Below, piece after piece: positions 57,675-64,000 of a stretch of 64,000 bases of DNA. The position numbers and the translations under genes are program-made. The DNA is from Alphaproteobacteria bacterium (GTDB taxonomy: Bacteria; Pseudomonadota; Alphaproteobacteria; GCA-2731375): positions 2,016,001 through 2,080,000 of the forward strand of contig CBDDPY010000002.1 of assembly GCA_965232515.1 (NCBI GenBank), given 5' to 3'. The notes below the pieces were generated by a model. It saw nothing but the letters and a program-made list of their open reading frames with translations. It did not search any database and was not told the DNA's origin. Position 1 is the stretch's first letter. The number at the start of each line of letters is the position of its first letter.

Positions 57675-58094
57675 TCAGCTGCGGAACCCACGCAGCGACA
57701 GGTCGACTTGCACCATGTTGGGGTGCGGCGGCTGGCCGTACGGGAACAGATCGTCGATCTCGACGACCAGCTTGCTGTCGAGCACGGACTGAAGCAGCGC
57801 GCCGGTCCGGTCAAACGGCACCTGGATCTTGGTGCACAGAAGATCCGGATCGCCAGGCTGGCCGTACTCACACCACCAGCCAAGCGTGCCCTTGACCTCC
57901 TCGACCAGCTTCTGGACGAGGCTGAGATGTTCCTTGGTGATGTCGCCGACCGTCCCAGTTGGGACGCGCAAAAGCTTCTCGGAACCACGCATGATGGTTT
58001 TCCTTTCCGTCAAGTACTGGATGTCCAAACTCGCTACATCAGCAAGTAAATCTAGCGCACGGCGGAACGACGGTTTGTGATCCGCTTCACTCAT
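57675..58094 (-). CDS. Small protein with a duplicated YGQPxxP motif; putative radical SAM substrate
   Basis: WWCEYGQPGDPD and DLFPYGQPPHPN; alternative start ATG at 57992 (MRGSE..., AAGGA upstream). Confidence 0.8.
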   Translation of the reverse strand: MSEADHKPSFRRALDLLADVASLDIQYLTERKTIMRGSEKLLRVPTGTVGDITKEHLSLVQKLVEEVKGTLGWWCEYGQPGDPDLLCTKIQVPFDRTGALLQSVLDSKLVVEIDDLFPYGQPPHPNMVQVDLSLRGFRS

Positions 58095-58256
58095 TTCTCA
58101 ACAAGAGAAACTTTTTATTTGACGACGCGAGAATAGATCTTACGAACATTCTCGATAGTGCCCGGCGGCTCGCGCGGACGGGCCGTCGTGGGAAATCTTG
58201 TGCGCCCATGCCGCCATTCGCACTAAGCTGCCCGAAACGGCGCGCGGGCGAGGATC

Positions 58257-58739
58257 ATGGCGACATTCAGACCGGAAGATTTCGATTACGATTTCTGGCG
58301 CGACGCGGACAAGCGCGCCGGCTGGGACGATCTGGAGCCCGGCGAGACGGTGCAATCCCATCCGGTGACGATCACGGCGGAGATCATCCAGCGTTACGCC
58401 CGTTCGATCGGCGATCTCAATCCGCTCTACTTCGACGAGGAATACGCCAGGACCAGCCGCTTCGGCGGCCTGATCGCGCCGCCCAGCATCCACGCGCTGT
58501 TCCTGTTCGCCTGCACCGAGCACGACCATTTCATGCGCACGCCGGGCACGGTCAACATGGGCCAGAACTGGTGGATCCACGAACCGGTGCGGCCGGGCGA
58601 CACCATCACGCTCGCCGCGCGCTGCCTCGACAAGCTGATCCGCAAGGGCAACACGTTCGCCATCCACGACAATGTCTTCCGCAACCAGCACGACCGGGTC
58701 GTCTGCGCCGGCCGCGGCTGGACCATGCGGCCCTACTAG
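58257..58739 (+). CDS. MaoC-like hotdog dehydratase subunit
   Basis: YARSIGDLNPLYFD..YA....FGGLIAPP, PVRPGD. Confidence 0.85.
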   Translation: MATFRPEDFDYDFWRDADKRAGWDDLEPGETVQSHPVTITAEIIQRYARSIGDLNPLYFDEEYARTSRFGGLIAPPSIHALFLFACTEHDHFMRTPGTVNMGQNWWIHEPVRPGDTITLAARCLDKLIRKGNTFAIHDNVFRNQHDRVVCAGRGWTMRPY

Positions 58740-58749
58740 GAGCCTGGCC

Positions 58750-59196
58750 ATGACCGCATCCTTCACCTTCGACGACGTCGCCGTCGGCCACGCCTTCGAC
58801 GGCCCGCGCGTCGAGGTCACGCGCGAAATGATCAAGGAATTCGCCTTCGCCTCGTTCGACAACAACCCGCTGCACTGGGACGACGCCTACATCGCCGAGA
58901 CCACGTTCGCCGGCCACAAGAAGTTCGACACTGTGATTGGCCACGGCCTGATGACCTATTCCTTCATGGTCCGGGCCATGACCGACTGGCTCTGGCCCGA
59001 CAATGGCGATCATCGACGGCTCGAAACCCGCTTCCGACGCCCGGTCTATCCCGGCGACATCGTGCAGGTGCGCGTGGAGGTCCGCGACAAGCGCGAAACC
59101 CGAAAGGGCAAATGGCTGGACTGCGCCATCACCGTGACCAACCAGAACGACGAGGTCGTCGCGACAGGCGACGCACTGGCGGAGATACTCAACTAA
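58750..59196 (+). CDS. MaoC-like hotdog dehydratase subunit
   Basis: FA.AS.DNNPLHWD, IGHGLM, RF..PVYPGD, NQ..EVV. Confidence 0.88.
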   Translation: MTASFTFDDVAVGHAFDGPRVEVTREMIKEFAFASFDNNPLHWDDAYIAETTFAGHKKFDTVIGHGLMTYSFMVRAMTDWLWPDNGDHRRLETRFRRPVYPGDIVQVRVEVRDKRETRKGKWLDCAITVTNQNDEVVATGDALAEILN

Positions 59197-59336
59197 TGCG
59201 AGGAAATTGTCGATCCACTCGGATTGCGACGAGAGTGATCGGGTAAATAATAGTCTGTTAGGCATTGTTGACTATCGTCTTAGCCGACACTTGGCCGCGA
59301 TTATTTGTCTTGCCGTGCTCGTTGTCGGGAGAAGTC

Positions 59337-60236
59337 ATGTCCGCCGGTACGTCTCGGGCGCGGAAACGAAGCTCGCTCCTGCACCGTTATGCCGCCCAGT
59401 ACACCCGTAAGCTGGAGCGTCACCAGACGGAACTGGCGCTTTACGCGGCCAAGAGAGAAGCCGATCGGTCGGCCGAGTTGGCGCACGCCGCGATGCTGGC
59501 GGCCGAGGCCGCCAATCGCGCCAAGACCGAGTTTCTAGCCAACATGAGCCACGAGCTCCGCACGCCGCTGAACGCCATCATCGGCTTTTCCGAGATGATC
59601 GCCACCGACACGGCCGGTCCGGTGGCGGATTCGAAGAGCCAGGACTACGCCCGGGACATCAACAATTCCGGGCAGCATCTGCTGCAGCTCATCAACGATA
59701 TTCTCGATCTCACCAAGATCGAGGCCGGCCGGCTCGACCTGAAAGACGAGATGGTCGACCTGGAAATGATTATCGAAAGCTGCCTGAGTATGGTCAAAAC
59801 CCGCGCCGAACGCGGCGGCCTGAACATCGAGCGGCGGCTGCCCGAGACGGCCTGCATGCTGCTCGCCGACGAGCGCAAGCTGAAGCAGATCATCCTCAAC
59901 CTGCTGTCCAACGCCGTGAAGTTCACGCCGGAGGGCGGCACCGTCACCATCGCCGTCTCGGCCGCGCCCGACACCGGCTGCGTCATCCGCGTCGCGGATA
60001 CTGGCATCGGCATGGCGCGCGACGATATCCCCAGGGCGTTGTCGCCGTTCACGCAGGTCGACGGCGGCATCAGCCGCGAATACGAAGGCACCGGGCTCGG
60101 CCTCTCCATCACCCAGGCCCTGGTCGAGCTGCATGGCGGTGTCCTCGGCATCGACAGCGATCTCGGCGCCGGCACCACCGTGACCGTGAGCCTGCCGGCG
60201 GAGCGCGTAGGTCGGCCCGCGACGGCCGCATCCTGA
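59337..60236 (+). CDS. Cytoplasmic histidine kinase (HisKA plus HATPase_c; PleC/DivJ-like H-box)
   Basis: KTEFLANMSHELRTPLNAIIGFSE, NLLSNAVKFT, DTGIG, GTGLGL; no TM or sensor domain. Confidence 0.93.
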   Translation: MSAGTSRARKRSSLLHRYAAQYTRKLERHQTELALYAAKREADRSAELAHAAMLAAEAANRAKTEFLANMSHELRTPLNAIIGFSEMIATDTAGPVADSKSQDYARDINNSGQHLLQLINDILDLTKIEAGRLDLKDEMVDLEMIIESCLSMVKTRAERGGLNIERRLPETACMLLADERKLKQIILNLLSNAVKFTPEGGTVTIAVSAAPDTGCVIRVADTGIGMARDDIPRALSPFTQVDGGISREYEGTGLGLSITQALVELHGGVLGIDSDLGAGTTVTVSLPAERVGRPATAAS

Positions 60237-60262
60237 CGGCCGTCTCGAAGGAGTAATCGAAC

Positions 60263-61981
60263 ATGGATGTCGCCCAGGCCAAAGCCGAATCTCAGAACCG
60301 ATCCGATACGGCGACACCCGACGCCGCGCCGCATGGCAGTTTCGCCCCGGCCGGTGACGGCGAGTCGCGGGCGGCGACGGCGAGCGATACGGACCCCGAC
60401 GCCAAGATCGGGCGTGTCGTGTCGGTGGCGGGCGGCCAGGTCGTGGCGCTGCTCGACAATACCGCCATGGCCGACGGCACCACGCTGCAGATTGGCGCGC
60501 TGGTAAAGATGCGAACCGCCGACAGCACGACCTTCGCCATCGTCACCGCGCTCTCGATCCCACTGCCCGATCAGGAGTCGCCCAGCGGCGAGGTGCGCAT
60601 CGCCGAGCTCGAACTCCTTGGCGAGGCCACCGCGGGCGCTGACGGTCAGCCAACCTTCGGTCGGGGCGTCTCCGCCTTTCCCGGCCTCGGCGATGCTGTG
60701 CTGGCGACGACGCGTCAGGATCTCTCGATCGTCTACGCCAGGCCCACATCGTCCGCCGTACGCATCGGCACGCTGCATCAGGACAAGGCCGTGCCGGCCT
60801 ACGTCATCGTCGACGAACTGCTCGGCAAGCATTTCGCCGTCCTCGGCACGACGGGCTCGGGCAAGTCCTGCGCCGTCTCGCTGATCCTGAATTCGGTCCT
60901 GGCCCAGCACCACAACGGCCACGTGCTGCTGCTCGATCCGCATGCCGAATATGTCGGCGCGCTCGGCGATCGCGCCAAGGTGCTCGACCTCAACAACCTT
61001 CAGCTCCCGTTCTGGCTGCTCAACTTCGAGGAAATGGTCGAGATTATGGTCGGCAGCAGCGGCAAGGAGGCCGAAGCCGAGATCACGATCCTCAAAGAGG
61101 CCATTCTCGCCGCCAAAAAAGCCGCCGGCGTCGGCGCAAGCAGCGAGGGCGAGGACTCGACGCCGATCACCATCGATACGCCGGTGCCCTACACGCTGAT
61201 GGCGATGATCCAGTTCATCGACAAGGCCGCCGGCAAGCTCGACCGGCCGGAAAGCGCGGCGCCGTACCTGCGCCTCAAGAACCGGCTCGACGCGCTGCGC
61301 GCCGACAAGCGCTACGAGTTCATGTTCCCCGGCCTGATCGTCCGCGACAACATGGCGGCGATCCTGTCGACCCTCTACAGCATTCCCGTCCGCGACAAGC
61401 CGGTCACCATCGTCGATCTCTCGGGCGTGCCGTCCGAGACCATGAATGTCGTGGTCTCCGTGCTCTCGCGCATGACCTTCGACTTCGCGCTATTGAGCGA
61501 CCGCGCTTTTCCTGTGCTGCTGGTCTGCGAGGAAGCCCACCGTTACGCGCCGCAGAACGCCGACGCCGGCTTCGAGCCGACCAAGCGCGGCCTCGCCCGC
61601 ATCGCCCGCGAGGGCCGCAAATACGGCGTCTCGCTCTGCGTCGTCAGCCAGCGGCCGTCCGAGCTCGACGCCGGCATTCTGTCCCAGTGCAACACCATCT
61701 TCGCGCTGCGTATGAGCAACCAGTCGGACCGCGACTTCGTCGGCGGCGCGATGACGGAATCGGCGCTCGGCCTGCTCGACTCCCTGCCCTCGCTGCGCAA
61801 CGCCGAGGCCGTCGTGGTCGGCGAAGGCGTGCCGGTGCCGGGCAGGATCTGCTTCGACGACCTGCCCGACGATCAGCGGCCGCTCAGCGCGACGGCTTCT
61901 TTCTCCGGCGCCTGGAACAATGACGTCGAGAGCGGCGAGTTCCTCACCAAGATCGTCGCCCGCTGGCGCCTGCAGGAATAG
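60263..61981 (+). CDS. HerA/FtsK-superfamily ATPase (DUF87)
   Basis: N-terminal HAS-barrel-like region, KHFAVLGTTGSGKS, DPHAEY, CEEAHRY, IAREGRKYG, SQRPSE. Confidence 0.9.
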   Translation: MDVAQAKAESQNRSDTATPDAAPHGSFAPAGDGESRAATASDTDPDAKIGRVVSVAGGQVVALLDNTAMADGTTLQIGALVKMRTADSTTFAIVTALSIPLPDQESPSGEVRIAELELLGEATAGADGQPTFGRGVSAFPGLGDAVLATTRQDLSIVYARPTSSAVRIGTLHQDKAVPAYVIVDELLGKHFAVLGTTGSGKSCAVSLILNSVLAQHHNGHVLLLDPHAEYVGALGDRAKVLDLNNLQLPFWLLNFEEMVEIMVGSSGKEAEAEITILKEAILAAKKAAGVGASSEGEDSTPITIDTPVPYTLMAMIQFIDKAAGKLDRPESAAPYLRLKNRLDALRADKRYEFMFPGLIVRDNMAAILSTLYSIPVRDKPVTIVDLSGVPSETMNVVVSVLSRMTFDFALLSDRAFPVLLVCEEAHRYAPQNADAGFEPTKRGLARIAREGRKYGVSLCVVSQRPSELDAGILSQCNTIFALRMSNQSDRDFVGGAMTESALGLLDSLPSLRNAEAVVVGEGVPVPGRICFDDLPDDQRPLSATASFSGAWNNDVESGEFLTKIVARWRLQE

Positions 61982-62014
61982 CGCCGGGCGTAGACGCTTT
62001 GATCCCATACCGCA

Positions 62015-62130
62015 TGCTTCGAGACGACCCCTTCGGGATCTCCTCAGCATGAGGTAAGTGACTGATAGCAAACCCAAACCTCATCCTGAGGAGCGCCTGC
62101 TAGGGCGCGTCTCGAAGGATAAGCCATCAG
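62015..62130. repeat. REP-like palindromic element (family C), intact copy
   Basis: TGCTTCGAGACG..CTCCTCAGCATGAGG..CAAACCTCATCCTGAGGAGCGCC..GCGTCTCGAAGGATAAGCCATCAG. Confidence 0.85.
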
Positions 62131-62195
62131 GTTCCGCGCTTGCGGCCGTGCTACGATCCCGAGGTGGAGGAAGGCCCGCAGCCGGAGGAGAGCGC

Positions 62196-62549
62196 ATGAC
62201 CGTTCGCCGCATCGTCGCCAACATCGCCGCACCGGACCCCGAACGCGCCCGCGCCTTCTATGGCGAATTGCTGGATATGGATGTCGTCATGGATCTCGGC
62301 TGGATCCTGACCTTCGCGTCGGACGCGACGGCCCGCGCGCAGGTCAGCGTCGCCAGCGAGGGCGGCTCCGGCACGCCAGTGCCGGATCTTTCGATCGAGG
62401 TCGACGATGTCGACGCGGTCTACCGGCGCGCAAAAACCGCCGGCCACGAGATCGCCTACGACATCACCGACGAGCCCTGGGGCGTGCGGCGGTTCTACGT
62501 CCGCGATCCCTTCGGCCGCACCCTCAACATCCTCTCGCATTCGAACTAG
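62196..62549 (+). CDS. VOC/glyoxalase family protein
   Basis: MTVRRIVANI, MDLGWI, EGGSGTPVPDLSIEVDD, EPWGVRRFYVRDPFG. Confidence 0.92.
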   Translation: MTVRRIVANIAAPDPERARAFYGELLDMDVVMDLGWILTFASDATARAQVSVASEGGSGTPVPDLSIEVDDVDAVYRRAKTAGHEIAYDITDEPWGVRRFYVRDPFGRTLNILSHSN

Positions 62550-63510
62550 CCGGCCGGCGCCGCCGGCGCAGCAGGGCCATACCGGCGAGCCCGCTGCCTA
62601 TCAGGGCGAGCGTACCGGGCTCGGCGACCGCGACCGGAGCCTGCAGCTGGCTGATGGTGACGCCCGGCGTGCTGGTGCTCAGGGTCACGTCGGCGGTGTT
62701 GAAGAAGTCGGCCTTTGCGGAGACTTCGCTGCCGTCGAATGCGAAGGCATCGGTCGTCAAGGTCAGCTCGATGGCGAAGACGTCGCTGAAGTCGACCAGC
62801 AACGCATCGTCGAGCTCGATGTTCGCGACGACATCGACGAGGCAGCCGAAGGGGTCGCAGGGGCCGAACGGCTCGTCGGGGAAGGAAAAGTCCCCGGCCC
62901 GGTCGGCCGCGGCCCAGTCGCCGCTGCGGGTCAGCTGCGGCGTCTGGTTCCTGGCGACGACGAAAAGCCGGGCATCGCCGTCGAATATCGAGGTCGTGCC
63001 GGACGCGCCGATGGCGCGCAGGCTCACGCCCACGGCGGCGAAAACATCGTTGAAGCCGGCGCCCGAATTGTTGTTGCCGACCTGCAGGCTGCCGTCCACC
63101 GTCAAGCCGAAATCGATATCGACGCTGCCGCCGGGATTCGCGCCGCCGGTGGTGAACTGCGCGACCCAGGAGGCGGTGGATCCGGCCTCCGTCGAGCCGT
63201 CGCCGCTTACGGCGTCAGTGCGGCTCTCGCTGCCGACGGCGCCGCCCACGGTCGCGCGGGCCCGGGCAAATGCCTCGTCGGGCTCCGAGACGCTGTTGCT
63301 GATCAGGGCATTCACCGCACCCTGGCTGACGTTCGTGCCCGCGTCGTTGCCAACGGACCGTGCGGATGCCGTCGCCTCAGCGCCCGGCGACGGGATCGGC
63401 GCGGCGGCCGCCGGGACCGCGATGACCGATGCCGAGACCGCCAGCAGCGCCGCGGCAAGCGGGCGCGTCAGCGCGTTACAACCTTGGCGGATCATATACA
63501 TCTTCCCCAT
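62524..63510 (-). CDS. PEP-CTERM-like exported protein (VAEP variant)
   Basis: Signal peptide ending PAAAA; C-terminal VAEPGTLALIGSGLAGMALLRRRRR; start uncertain. Confidence 0.8.
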   Translation of the reverse strand: MGKMYMIRQGCNALTRPLAAALLAVSASVIAVPAAAAPIPSPGAEATASARSVGNDAGTNVSQGAVNALISNSVSEPDEAFARARATVGGAVGSESRTDAVSGDGSTEAGSTASWVAQFTTGGANPGGSVDIDFGLTVDGSLQVGNNNSGAGFNDVFAAVGVSLRAIGASGTTSIFDGDARLFVVARNQTPQLTRSGDWAAADRAGDFSFPDEPFGPCDPFGCLVDVVANIELDDALLVDFSDVFAIELTLTTDAFAFDGSEVSAKADFFNTADVTLSTSTPGVTISQLQAPVAVAEPGTLALIGSGLAGMALLRRRRRPASSNARGC

Positions 63511-63662
63511 ACTCCCTATCGCACGGGCGCGTTTCGCACGGCCAACCCGCATTGCGAAATCAGCATGGGCGATACAAGCCCGGCGGTCAAACACAGCCTT
63601 GACGTCAACGACTTGTATTAGAATTCGCGCACATCTGATCAATGACGCGAGGAGAACGCAGC

Positions 63663-64000
63663 ATGTCCGATCCGGCAGAGAATAAACTTGAAGGTGGTTG
63701 CACCTGCGGCGCCGTGCGTTACCGTCTGACCGCGCCGCCGTTATTCGTGCATTGCTGCCACTGCACCTGGTGCCAGCGGGGGTCCGGCTCGGCCTTCGCC
63801 GTCAACGTGATGATCGAGGCGACGAATGTCGAGCTTCTGAGCGGCGACCTCGACCGCGACATGCTGCCGACGGCCAGCGGCCAGGGCCAGGAATTCATGC
63901 GCTGCGCCGAATGCGGCACCACGGTCTGGAGCCACTACGCGGCGGCCCGCGAGAAGGTCAGCTTCGTCCGCGCCGGCACGCTCGACGATCCGTCGCTGGC
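63663..64000 (+). CDS. GFA (glutathione-dependent formaldehyde-activating) family protein, runs off window
   Basis: MSDPAENKLEGGCTCGAVRY...HCCHCTWCQR.SGSAF...RCAECGT..W...VRAGTLDD; AGGAG RBS. Confidence 0.9.
   Translation, partial: MSDPAENKLEGGCTCGAVRYRLTAPPLFVHCCHCTWCQRGSGSAFAVNVMIEATNVELLSGDLDRDMLPTASGQGQEFMRCAECGTTVWSHYAAAREKVSFVRAGTLDDPSL

Noticed and set aside
58140-58865. 241-aa minus-strand ORF upstream of the YGQP protein as a third cassette gene
   Set aside because: Antisense to two clear MaoC-like genes
63599-63608. Palindrome TTGACGTCAA upstream of the PEP-CTERM-like and GFA genes
   Set aside because: Only 10 bp, single copy, no assignable regulator; no convincing sigma54 box found

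Overview
High-GC bacterial chromosomal window, most consistent with an Alphaproteobacterium (TipN/GPR-like polar protein, PleC/DivJ-like kinase, BzdR/BoxR regulator, Rhizobiales-type intergenic palindromes). It is a patchwork of about 65 metabolic, regulatory and transport genes, including sbtA/sbtB, ppa, a cytochrome c-iorA-iorB-type molybdoenzyme, amn, benzoate-CoA ligase with BzdR/BoxR, a carbohydrate ABC transporter with a PhyH dioxygenase and LacI regulator, and a HerA-like ATPase. I recognised no rRNA, tRNA or CRISPR array. The best candidate for an undescribed system is at 56632-58094: a small protein with a twice-repeated YGQPx(D/H)P(D/N) motif, then a terminator-like hairpin, then a radical SAM enzyme whose SPASM/twitch-like tail lacks cysteines. 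This looks like a substrate plus maturase cassette. Other structure visible directly in the DNA: an IS5-family element inserted into a palindromic repeat whose empty sibling lies in the same window; a low-GC gene bracketed by a 77-bp duplication of the ppa 3' end; two covarying long hairpins; two PEP-CTERM-like proteins with an AEP variant; and a SAM-cyclase-STAND-alpha/beta-hydrolase fusion. All family calls come from reading motifs by eye, not from database searches, and several start codons are my own choice.
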